64,000 nt of DNA, from the NCBI GenBank assembly GCA_022813965.1, contig JALDZS010000014.1:124001-188000 (forward strand). The letters run 5' to 3'. Source of the stretch: Toensbergia leucococca (taxonomy: Eukaryota). Numbering within the stretch: the stretch's first letter is position 1; each line of letters begins with the position of its first letter. The notes under the pieces are model-generated. The model made no database searches. It had not been told where the DNA came from and saw only the letters and a list, made by a program, of their open reading frames with translations. Made by a program: the position numbers and the translations under genes. This document shows positions 1 through 11,100 of the stretch, piece by piece.

Positions 1-75
1 GAGCAGGTACAGGCCCAGTTCAAGTCACTTCGACCGACCGTCTATGGCTACGGTGAGCACTACGCCGTGCCGTAA
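1..75 (+). CDS. Possible 3' end of a gene running in from the left edge
   Basis: Frame 1 is open from base 1 (EQVQAQFKSLRPTVYGYGEHYAVP*), ends TAA at 73-75 and has GC3-rich codons. Too short to identify. Confidence 0.3.
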   Translation, partial: EQVQAQFKSLRPTVYGYGEHYAVP

Positions 76-1310
76 CGTCTCGGTGACTTGCCACAAAAGA
101 CTCGGCACAAATACGCGTGTATCTTGTGGATGCTGGCGCTCGTAGGAGCAGGCATGGATGCAATGAACAGAGAAATTCCTAGATCAGATAGATTGTGCCA
201 TCAGCGACTTCAATGTGCTGACGACTCTATCCGGGAAAAGAATGACCAAAACAAAATGTCATAACAGTTGGCAAAATCCCGTCGGGGCAGAATCCCGACG
301 TTGAAAACCACGAGAGGCATGAGAGAGTCTCCGTGATAGTACAAAACTGGCATTGTTGTTCTAGGGCTTGTTTTCATGACTTGATATTTATTGAATTGGG
401 ATGCAAGTTATTCTTTGGGGCCCCACATTGATGTTGGAAAGCAATGCACAGAGTGTAACGAGGGATACATGATGCGGACAAAAGAGGGTAAGAAACTATA
501 CACACCTGCTTCTATGAATCTGATGTCTGACCGTGTCGAGCGATCCAGGTTATCATCCTCCGAGAACCTTCGTGAATCTACTTGGTCTTACAACATGTGT
601 AAGGTATGAGCTTCTGAAGCATTTCTGTGTCTAACATCCCATGAAGAAGCCAGTGTATGATCGTGGATGAAGGTGCCAGACGGCGAGGAAACCAATTGGA
701 GTGAGTGGTGCAGTGCGAATGGAACGGGATGGAAAAAGGTTCGTGATAATGGTCTTCAGCCAGCACGATTACGCTATTACATGCTTACCTTGTTTATCTT
801 TGCAACAGGAAGGTGCTAGGCTTGAATACCACGGTAGGCGCTATCGTGGGCATTCCTTCCTGATATGGCGTGTCTGCACAACTCGGAGAGTAACGTGAGA
901 AAGCCATATACAAATCAAAGAGGTAAGGAGTCTCGATTTTGCTCTACACTCATCAGCTACTGATACAGGATGCTATTCTCAGGTAATCTCGATTCATCTG
1001 ATAGTCCCTCCGGCATATTCGAGAGTATTGCCTGATCATAGCCCCTTCACGAAGAAAAGGCCAACGTAATCGGTCCTCTTATTCCCGCCTGGAATCGTTA
1101 TCCTTTTCTAGATCTCTCAACCCACAAGTACAACTCGGTAGCTTCTAAGTTTAAGTCGTGGTTCCGGGGCTAATCGATGGCCAGAGCTCCCCTTACCCTC
1201 TCATCCCCTCTACCTTCCTACAGCCAGAGTAAAATAATCCTAAGTAGTTCTACCGCCCTATCGTTGTGGTCGTTGGACTTCGAATCCATGAAGGAACCGA
1301 GTACTCAAGT

Positions 1311-1396
1311 CTTCAAGCCCTCACAGCTTCAAGCCCTCACAGCTTCAAGCCCTCACAGCTTCAAGCCCCCACAGTTCCAAGCCCTCACAGCTTCAA
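1311..1396 (+). repeat. 16-bp minisatellite (CTTCAAGCCCTCACAG) x ~5.4
   Basis: Units at 1311, 1327, 1343, 1359 (variant), 1375 (variant) and a partial unit at 1391. Confidence 0.95.
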
Positions 1397-1547
1397 AACC
1401 AAAATCAAACTGTTCCTGTCCCAAAATCATACTATATCAAACCCAAAACAAAGCAGATCAGATCAAACCCAACACAAATTATTCTACGCACTCAGAATCT
1501 CTCGCTAGCTCTCTCAAAAGGTTTACTCACTCGTCTCAAACAAGCTC

Positions 1548-1650
1548 TGAAGCTGTGAGGGCTTGAAGTTGTGAGACTTTGAGGCTGTGAAAACTTGAGA
1601 GCTTGAGTATCCGAGGCTGTGAGAAACTGAGGCTGTGAGAATTTGGGAGC
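1548..1650 (-). repeat. Inverted, degenerate copy of the 16-bp minisatellite
   Basis: TGAAGCTGTGAGGGCTTGAAG (1548-1568) is the exact reverse complement of the unit. It is followed by decaying ~16-bp units (..GAGGCTGTGA..). Confidence 0.85.
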
Positions 1651-2849
1651 TCGAGGGCTCACATGAGCAAGTGCTTTATGTGGGCACGAGGGCTTCATGT
1701 GGGTACGAGGGCTTCATCAAGGATTTTGTAGAGGAAGAGAAAATATCCTATGGTGATAAAGGCAAGCCACTTGAAGTGGGGATGTAAAAATAAAGGCCAT
1801 TAGTCTTCGAAATGTCTATGAGCATTGAGGTCGGAAAGTTGTTAGTAGAGGGACTATGAGACTGGGGGGTGGGGATATTTTGATTTGAAGGGGATCTCTA
1901 ATAGGATGGATCTTGCTAATGCTTATAGGATGAAATTCTTTCTCTTGTTCGCGATTCAAGGCGGTGGCCCAAAAAAGTGAATATTCGAACGTTTCTCCGA
2001 CGCCCTCAAGGAGAGTATAGATGGGTTATTGGCTGCAAAGTCTCTGGATCACCCGAGATGGTGCATGAGGGACTACAGCTGGCTTTTTCTCACATTCTAT
2101 TTGGATAGTTGTGAAGAAGCTGATTGTTTGCAGTTGATATGACGGCTCGAATTTTGTGATATGGAGGGAACGAGACATGGAGATCGCATGAGGCATGATA
2201 CATGTGGCCAAGCAGGATGGAGATTGGAGAAGAGGAGCCAAGGGAGGGACCTAGGGTGAATACGGATGATGGATAAGTTTTTGTCAGAATGGCCCTTACC
2301 TACGAGGATACGACTAATAAACACCTCTAGCATCTTCCGAACACTAGCGGCGACCTCAGCAACTCTCGGACAAGGATCTTCGTCACCTACGCTGCTAATT
2401 GCATGGCCTAGTAGAGAGGACGGAAAGAACCTGTTACCGGAAGACCGAGCAAATAGTCACAGCCGGACGAGCCGACTTCTCGGTTGCATCGACGATGACG
2501 TTTTGAAACCCGAGTCTCATTTCTGGTCGGAACGTTGTGGGCCCCCCTCGAAGACCTGGGAGAGCCCAAAAGTAGATCAAATTTTGTATGAATTTGTTAT
2601 ACGTTCATATGACAATGAGGGGAAGAATGCTGACTTTCTGACCAGATGGAACTTTGGAATAGGGTGTCTGTTACACAACACTGGGGAGTGGAGGAAAGCT
2701 GAGAAGAATAGTGATAGTGAAGGGGTGGGTTGGGGTGCGGATGACCGATTTTGTTCTTTTTTTTGGAATAGTGGGTGGATGGATGGATTTGGTTGTCCAC
2801 ACGAATTTCGAATTCGGTATCTCTTCTACCGCCGCTAGCACTGAAGCCA

Positions 2850-2885
2850 TTTCCGTTTCCGTTTCCGTTTCCGTTTCCGTTTCCG
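2850..2885. repeat. (TTTCCG)n hexanucleotide microsatellite
   Basis: About 6 tandem TTCCGT units. Confidence 0.9.
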
Positions 2886-3638
2886 AGGGGTGCTCAACAT
2901 CTATCATCTGCTCTCACTTGAAATTGTCAGGTATTCACAACACCCCCTTTCCTCCTCTCTCATACAGGAACGAGTCCCAGAACCTCCCTCCCTCAATTCA
3001 TCTCGCTTGCAGTAAACACCTTTTTCGGTTAATGATATCTACATCTTCAGAAACGCAACCGCAATCCTTTTTTGTGTCAAAACGGAAAGGGGGGTTTTTT
3101 TTTCAGATGGCGTTTTGTGTTCGGGGTTTTAGCTGCTGTGTTATGGGGGTCGTGGGTATGCAATTTATGTCCTTTGGGTGAAAAGTTTGAGGGAGAGGGG
3201 GTTGGGGAATCAGGTTTTCTATGATGTCATATTGTGTCAACGGTGAGTGCTTCTAATGCTTTCCAAGTAAAATCATTGCTGGTATTTCACTCTCGTTGCT
3301 TAATGCAGCAAAAAAAAACATACAATTCACGAGCACAGTTTTCGTCCATTCATTTGGTACATTTTTTTTTCAGAAAAAAATAGCTGTTGTAGGCTGCAAC
3401 GTGTTTCAGCAGCAAAAAAAACCCACATAGTCTCTCTTCTTTGAGGGGGGTAATCCAAAAAGTCCTTCAACTTCAGCTAACTCATTGAATTCAAAAAGTA
3501 CATTTCACGAGGCAAATTCCAAATCATACTCCCACTATCCCGCAAGAAAACAAGCCGCCTCCCCAACACTAAAGCCAAAAGTAACAAACACCGCACGCTT
3601 CCATCCCCGCCCCCCCCAAAAGATAAAAACAAACCCCA

Positions 3639-4920
3639 TCATCCCCTCCCCGGAACCCCACCCACCCTCCTCCTCCCCAACACCCTCCCCATCGCATCCC
3701 TCACCTCCGGATCCGCCCGGATCGTATTCTGCACCAACCACTCCCTAACCCTCCCCCTCAAATCCCTCACCGCGCCCTCGTCCCCCGCAAACGGCGCCAT
3801 ATCCAGTCCCAGCAGACGCGAGCTCTCGGCCTCGGTGGCTTTGACGAGGGCTTCGAGGCGGGTGAGGAGTTGAGTGGTTTCGGGTGTGTTTGGGGGTTGG
3901 GATTGGGACGAGGGTTGGGAGGGAGAGAAGAGGGGGCCGAGTTGGGAGAGGGCGATGAAGAGGGTTAGGGTTGTTTTTCGGGCGAGGGTTAGGAGTTGGA
4001 AGGGGAGGAGGGGGGGGTGCGGGGTGTGGGTTAGGACTGGGTTAAGGAGGTTGAGGAGCGGGGGCGGGAAGGGGCGGGTGAGGGTGTGGAGTTCGAGGGT
4101 TAGGAGAGTGAGGAAGGTTAGGTAGCGCCACTAGAGTTTTGTCAGATTTCGGGACTAATATAGGGGGTTTTAGTGGGGACGGGAGCTACTCACGAATCGG
4201 CCCCATTGGAGGTAGCCGGTTATGCTTAGGATTAGCATGAAGAGTCCCGAGCCTGCGTAAAAGGGGCCGGTACGCTGGAGACCGCTGAGAAGATAGTCAC
4301 TTATTGAGGAGCAGTGCTGCCACGAGAGCATGTCTGGGCCGAAGCGGTCGTATGCGAAGCGTTTGGTGGGGTTAAGAAGTGTGTCTTGGGCGGTTTTGAG
4401 GTGCACGAAGTAGGCTTCTGTTGTGGAAGTATTACTACTTGCAGAGGAGACTTTATCGGGGTGGTAGATTGCGGCTCTACGGGGCTGTTAGTCCGGGATT
4501 GTGAAGTGCTATCGATTGGGGTCAGGTACAGTCTTCGGAAACGGGTTTTGATGCCCCTTTCATCCACGTCTAGCGGAAGCCCGAGGTCTTGGTAGAAGTC
4601 GCCCGCTCTTCGGAGGTCGTAGTCGGCTTCAAAAATGGTGTAGAGCAGGTATGCGGCCACTACTGTAATGAATATTCGTCGGCGGTGCTTTTGGTATCTA
4701 GGAGTTCCAGGCTGAGGCTTTGGATCACCGGCGCGGATGACAATGCCATAATAGATCGTCTGGATCCAGCCAGTGACGAGCTGAGGCTCAGTGTTAGTTT
4801 GCGCGTTAATGAAGGTAGCAATTTTTTATTTTATTATTCTAATTGGGGGTCATACTGAGGGTTTCTCACATTTGGCAGAAAGGTCCAGCCTATGTAGGAG
4901 AGGAAATTAGTTGATGACAT
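3639..4920 (-). CDS. Membrane-associated DnaJ (J-domain) co-chaperone, 4 exons
   Basis: Exons 4920-4870, 4780-4530, 4476-4194 and 4130-3639 with GT..AG introns. Product MSSTNFLSYIGWTFLPNLVTGWIQ..DFYQDLGL..IKTRFRRLAAIYHPDK..AQDTLLNPTKRFAYDRFG has the HPD motif and flanking hydrophobic segments. Confidence 0.9.
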
Positions 4921-5197
4921 GGTTCGGTGCGACTTCGTGCTTCTTCGTTACAGTCATTGAGAGGAAGAGTTTGGATTTTCTGGGCTGCGCATGTTATCGA
5001 AGTTGTTTCTAGGTGGCCTGAAGAAGCGAGGAAACGGTTTTGGCATGTTGTTGAAGCGAGTGAAGCGTTGGAAGAGCCGCCGGCCCGCTTGACAGATGAT
5101 CCGCTCGCCTATCTTTCTGTGGAACTCTAAATCCGCCCTACCGCACAATTTCAAGTGAATTTGGACCTTTGGAGATGCACACCGGGTCCCGACTTAG

Positions 5198-6220
5198 ATG
5201 GCACCGCAGCCGTTGCGCAGCGCGTCAATGTCTGTGGAGGCCCATAGTCCTGTGGTGCTGCCAGTCAAGAGTCAGAAGAAGGCAAGGGAAAAGCTTGAGA
5301 AGAAGAGGGAGAAAAAGCGAAAGCGAGATACACATGACGACTTCCCCAAACTTTTACCGACAAAGAAGCATCGATCGAAAGATCATTCCAAGAAGGCTGA
5401 ATCTGTCGCCAACTCCCCAGATTTGTCCGACTTGACAGCACATTCACCCTTCCATCATCAAACCTCTTCCCTCTACCTACCTTTGTCGCCAATATCCCAA
5501 TTACATCCATTGCGAGGTCTCTGCGCCGAACACCTCTCTCCGCTTATCTTGACATACTATCCACCGTTTCACGGCGTTGTTCTATCATACAGTGATCCGA
5601 GACTTTCCGAAGACCCGACACGAAGTCCCGACACCAGCGAGGGCTCACGTATTCTCGCACGGTCGGTGGACGAGTATGCGGTCAGCTATGTCTGGATCAC
5701 GGCCGATTTTCTAATGTTTAAGCCGAGGAGGGGAGATATCATTGAGGGCTGGATCAATCTGCATAACGAAGGGCATCTCGGGTTGGTGTGTTGGAATCTA
5801 TTTAACGCAAGTATTGAGCGGAAGAGGCTGCCGAAGGAGTGGGTGTGGGTGTCCGGTGGTATGGGCGCTCGAGGTTCGACAAGACTGAAGGAAGGGGGCT
5901 CTAGCTCAGGCAATGGATTCGGAGAAGAAGAGGAGGAGATGGACGCGAATGAGTTTGGGGATGTGGAAGGTTATTTCGAGGATGCGGATGGGAAGAAGAT
6001 AGAAGGACAAGTGAGATTTCGGGTCAAGGATATTGAGGCTTCGCCGAGTTCGGACCGAGACAAGGGATTTCTTAGCATTGAGGGGACTATGTTGGATGAA
6101 GCACGAGAAGCAAGGTTGTTGGAGAAATCTGTTCGTGCTATGGCTGGGCAATTGGAGGCGAATGGGCACATGGAGGATAGAGATCAACCAAGAAAAAACA
6201 AACACAGAGCCACTTACTAG
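5198..6220 (+). CDS. RPA43: RNA polymerase I subunit A43
   Basis: Intronless ORF. Basic N-terminus, then SLYLPLSP..HLSPLILTYYPPFHGVVLSY..FKPRRGDIIEGWINLHNEGHLGLVCWNLFNASI (Rpa43 SHS2/OB region). Start could be the ATG at 5228. Confidence 0.88.
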   Translation: MAPQPLRSASMSVEAHSPVVLPVKSQKKAREKLEKKREKKRKRDTHDDFPKLLPTKKHRSKDHSKKAESVANSPDLSDLTAHSPFHHQTSSLYLPLSPISQLHPLRGLCAEHLSPLILTYYPPFHGVVLSYSDPRLSEDPTRSPDTSEGSRILARSVDEYAVSYVWITADFLMFKPRRGDIIEGWINLHNEGHLGLVCWNLFNASIERKRLPKEWVWVSGGMGARGSTRLKEGGSSSGNGFGEEEEEMDANEFGDVEGYFEDADGKKIEGQVRFRVKDIEASPSSDRDKGFLSIEGTMLDEAREARLLEKSVRAMAGQLEANGHMEDRDQPRKNKHRATY

Positions 6221-7945
6221 CCATCTCTCGAACAACCGATGCTACAACGAGTACTGAGTGAATGTCGTGACTTCTTGATTTGAACTTTTATCTATTTGCT
6301 CCAGGGCTGGCGCCTCGCCTGTCCTGGTCCTGCACTGACTTTCTGTGATAGACCAAGCGAGAAATGTGTTAATGGTCATGTTGAACATGGCGTTACTACA
6401 GTAATTAGGCAGTGCAATTTTTCTGTGAAGAAGAAACACGGTCTTACGACAGAGGGTTTGCCTTGACTCGACTTCTTTCCTCGCTTAAATCATTAGGGCT
6501 AGATGGCAACCGCAAGATAGAACACCAATGATAAATTTGATTAGGCCCACCAACGACCAACCCTGTCTGCAGTCAGACGGTTCGTCTGCACCAAATATGA
6601 CGGATGATTGAAATTACAGGACTAAAAAGGTTGAAGAGCCTTGATAGGCAACCACAAGGGTTCTTCTAAATCAATTTGATGGCCGTGCGAGGTCTTGTGC
6701 GCCCGATCGGTGTGGTAAGTATGAGATATGTTTTGAGCTGCAGGTTGAAGTCTTTACTCTTATTTCATATCTCGATCTCTTGGTGATTTCTGTAGTACCA
6801 AAGCGTTCTCAGGAGTTCAGGAGTTCCTGATCTTAGCAATACCACTGTGAATAACTTAAGCTATTTGAAACCCCATCTGAGCCACAAAATCTGTCTTTCT
6901 TCTTCAGTCAGATGTAAGCGGGAGGACTACAACCGCATAAACCAAATTCAATTCCTAGATCGACGCATGTCGAGACTGATAGAAAAGTCGGATGGCGACC
7001 GCCCTGAAGTTCTTGAGAATTTGACCGAGGCTCTTTGGAAGGGATTTATTTCTCCAATTTTATCTTGAAATGAAGCTCGATGTTTGCTTGTACCTCACCC
7101 AGGTCCTCAAAAAGACCGTTTGAATTCCTTACGATTGCGTTGAGCCTACTAGATTATCAAGCAGGAACACGACGCCCAAGCCCGATTGTACCCCATAAGT
7201 GAACAAAAACATCAAGGTCTGCAATCCCGTAGATGCTGCCACGAAAGTCCCCTTAGTAGGAGCCTGTTGCACATCAATCTCTTCACTCGGCGTAGACTCA
7301 ACAGTATAGCTTGCGAAAAGCTCCAGACTCCCAGCTTTTCAGCCCGAAGCAGTGATTTAAAAGTGGCTGTTGTCAATACTGTCGCTTTTATAATAGAGAA
7401 GAAATGCTTACGTGCAGAATTGATACCGATAGTTGAGACAACCTAGAAGTCGGGACAGATAAGCAAAGCAAAAACCCTCCTTAGCTGATAACAACGCTGA
7501 ATGAAAAATTGATATACTATGGGTCAGTGAACAATAAATAGATTTTTGAAGGAGTTAGGAAACAGGGCATAGAGCGGAAACACAAGAATACATCCTACTC
7601 TACAGCACATGCACGCGTGGCTTTAAAAGACTTTGAGCTTCATCCGAGTTGTGCACAACGCAGCTGCAAACTCCACTTGATCGTCAAAGTTGAGGCAGGT
7701 AGAAACACGAACGAGAGACCTGAAAATATCCGTAAAGTCTGGGTCTTATCCTCGCTCGACAGGATTCTTCAAAGTGATCTTGAGGCTGTCATAGTCAATG
7801 TAGAGCCGCATCCACTCTAAGACTCAGAACTGGTAGTTCCTTTGACCAGGCTTCCAGAGAGAAAGCGAGATGGAGCAAGTACGTTGAAATGGAGAAGTGG
7901 TGAAGGAGATAGAATATCCCGGCTAATGTGGATAAAACTAAAATT

Positions 7946-8052
7946 TAAGGTACCGAGGTACCTTAGCTAGCACCCACCAGCCTATCGGCTGCTAATTTGG
8001 GGGTTGCCCTTGGGTACCTAATTAGGTACTTTCGGATACTCCGTACGGAGTA
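7946..8052. promoter_or_regulatory. Cluster of three short palindromes upstream of the coilin-like gene
   Basis: TAAGGTACC-ga-GGTACCTTA (7946-7965), GTACCTAATTAGGTAC (8014-8029) and TACTCCGTACGGAGTA (8037-8052). Function is inferred only from position. Confidence 0.4.
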
Positions 8053-8134
8053 CTCGAGCGACACTCCACTGTCTAACGCGTCCTTTGAAGCTTGGAATTT
8101 CTTTCACGTCATTTTGGGATGCCATTGCCCCACA

Positions 8135-11100
8135 ATGAGGCTACGACTCACTGTTCAGAGGCATGGCTTGCCGCCCATGCAAGTCTTGTGGACAGTAGGT
8201 ACCGTTCGCCCAGGCTATGTTGCCGGCGGTGCAGGCGTTACCGTTTCTCAGCTGTTGGAGCAGATCAACGAGATCATACCTTTAGAATCTTCCGACTGGG
8301 GTTTGGAGGACTACGCGGTAGAAGTTCAAGGTTTCGAGTGTCTGCATTTCTCTGAGCTCACCGAAGTATTGAAAGAAGACGATGAAGTTAGGTAAATATT
8401 GGTTAACCACGATTTCAAAAGCCCGAAGCAGCAAGCTGAACTATTCACAGCTTACGCCCTCTACAAACATCTGATCTTCGTGTTCGAAAATTATCTGGGC
8501 GACATCAAATATCATCTGATGGGAAGCACCTCATAGACGGTGTTGCTTTTGGTCGCCCTTTTCTCCGACGAGCGGATAGACCACCACTTGCAATACCTCC
8601 GAGGAAGCGAAGGAGACTTACGTACGACGAAGACGACAATTCGGACACCGAGAGTCAGTACAACCATCGACAAGCTGTGGTGCGGACTGTATCTGAAGGC
8701 GTGGAAGATGAGACCTCTGAAGATAGCCAAGGTGAAGAGCTACAACTAGATGACGAAACAATAGAAGAACTGGCCAAGGAATTGAACAATTTTGGCGGCT
8801 ATCTAGCTCAGGCAGCACAAGGCAAGGGGGACGAGTTCATGAAAGCATTCGGGAACTCACAGAAGAGACTTACTAGGTCTCGTCGCCCGTCGAAAGGATT
8901 AGGGTTGGAAGGCGAAAGTTTGGCAGGGCTCGTGGATGAAAACGGGAGACCATTTCCTGGAGAGTATAGTAACCCGTTAATGGACTTATTTGGGGCAGAC
9001 GACCCTGTCCAGGCGGGCTCGAGCATGAATGCACGAAAACACAAGAGAAGAAAGCAATCCTTGGGCTCTCGTGTTAGAGCCAGAATGACCGGTCTCAGAT
9101 CCTCTACTAGCCCTGAACGTGTTAGTAGAAGAAGTTCAAATGATAGCACGAAAAGCGTGAGGTTTCAAGACCCTGCGTCCAGGACTCCCGCAACCATTCT
9201 CGAAAACAGGGATACTGAGGAATCAGATGATGAAGATTTTCTGCCAGATGACAATGCGGACGTTGAAACGGAACAGTCTGATAAGGAGAATGCAGAGCCA
9301 GGAGATGATACAACTGAATCAAATGGGGTATGTTAGCAATTTCTATTGGCCCTCAAGAACAAGCTATTGAAAAGCAAATTCTGTGTTTGTTTCATATCAC
9401 TAATTATAACCCGCACTTAGCTTCCATCCTCTGAGTCAGAATCAGACTCCACTATCTCTTCGGAGAGTGAGTCTGAGAGCTCGGAATCGTCTTCGCTATT
9501 GTCCAGTACCACCAGCAGCTCTGATTCAGATACCGAACCGGTGTCCAAGAAGCGGAAGAGAACAAAGGATGCTAAGACACCCAAAAAGCAAGAACATCAA
9601 ACGGGTGAACCCGAAGAAGCCGATATCGCACCCGAAAATGGCTCTGAGCAACCCATCATTTTGACGAAGCAGACTGTAGATGAACCACGTCCGATCCAGG
9701 AAGGAGTCTCCTCGATTTCCGGCGGCACGAAGCGGACAAAGAATAAATCAAAGCATACTGAAGGTCCATCTGAGGAGACTGTTTCAGGCTCGCCCGTAGA
9801 TGTCAAGAATCAACCGATGAAGATGAAACCGCCAGGACAAGGTTTGCAGAAAACTTCTAAAAGGAACGAGCGGCGACGAGTTAGTAAGAAGATCGAAAGT
9901 CTCAAAAGACTCGGTTTACTTCCTCCTAACGCTTCACGACAAGACTACTCGACGTGGCTCGAATGTGAAGGAAACGCTAAGGAACATGACACGAATACTC
10001 AAGCGGAAGAACCAAAATTACACGTTGTAGATGTTGCTGAAAATATAGAGGCAAAGAAGCAGATTTTACTCGACTCTATTGCTTCTGGTGGCATAGAAGT
10101 TGAAGATGCCAACAGTGGAGAAGCCACGGCGGACGTAAAGGGAAGACAGAATGAAACATCTACAAAAATCGTGTCTGACGCTGGATCTACTGGCAATTCG
10201 GCAATGCCACAACCAGACAATGAAAAGAACCAACCCACCTTGGAAACTCCGAAACGACGAGCCAAACTCGACCTACCCAGTTCAAGACGACTAGTATTTG
10301 GTTCGTTGGGTATCCGAACGCCCAAGACCAAAGAAGACGAATCAGAGACACGTTTAAAGCTAATAAAGGATGCCAGGCCCATAAAGAAGATCCATGGTCC
10401 AAAAGAAAACGATGCTACAGAGAATAATGCAGTTATGTCCCTCGAAGAGAATGAAAGCTGGAAAGAGAGAATTACTCTCAAAGCTGTAGAATGTGGCCAC
10501 GACGAGATTGAACTTAGCACACCACCATTTCCCTTCTTTCAGAGGTGGGATCCGCAGCAGCGAAGACAAATCACAGACAACACAAGAAACCAAGGCAGTC
10601 GGAGCAGTAAGAAACGTAAGCGTAATCAGAAGCAGTATTACGAAGAAAATTCAATACATCTACTTCATCAAACTCAAGAATCGTCGAAGGAATCATCAAA
10701 GGAATCATCAATCGAGCAATTTGGACAGATCACAACAGACCCTGAGTATAATCAGGAAGAGTCTGGTCTTTACGAGCAGCAGCAGGAGGTCTCCCATATT
10801 GAGAGCGACCAATACCAAGTTGCAATCAACGAACAGCTGATGCGGGATGCAGATGGGATTTCTGCAAGTGCACTGGGTGAGCCTGATGGAGGAGAAGATT
10901 TACCTGACCTGCCAGAAGATATGTCGACCTGCATTCCTCTAACAGAGGATACCTGCATACCTGGCGCAATCGTCGCATTCAAAGAAGTAGAAATGTCTCG
11001 AATGACCTACTGGCAGCCCAAGGTATCGGAATACCGAACGGCTATCATCAATCAGTTGCTGGAGGACGGAAACATCCAGATGACTTTAGCGCAGCGCGAC

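Noticed and set aside
391..898. Possible small spliced gene (donors at 604 and 739, acceptors near 648 and 808)
   Set aside because: I could not join the pieces into one open frame. It may be a pseudogene or chance.
1311..1650. CRISPR-like array
   Set aside because: Units are contiguous with no unique spacers, there are no cas genes, and the context is eukaryotic.
1177..1698. ORFs over the minisatellite (129, 80 and 68 aa)
   Set aside because: Their repetitive peptides come from a 16-bp (non-triplet) repeat, with no coding signal.
2026..3181. Overlapping ORFs on both strands, including 190 aa at 2266-2838
   Set aside because: No recognisable motif, partly driven by a microsatellite, and the minus-strand frames are interrupted by stops. 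A degraded gene cannot be excluded.
6300..7900. Short ORFs between RPA43 and the coilin-like gene
   Set aside because: Mostly non-ATG starts, no motifs and no consistent splice model.
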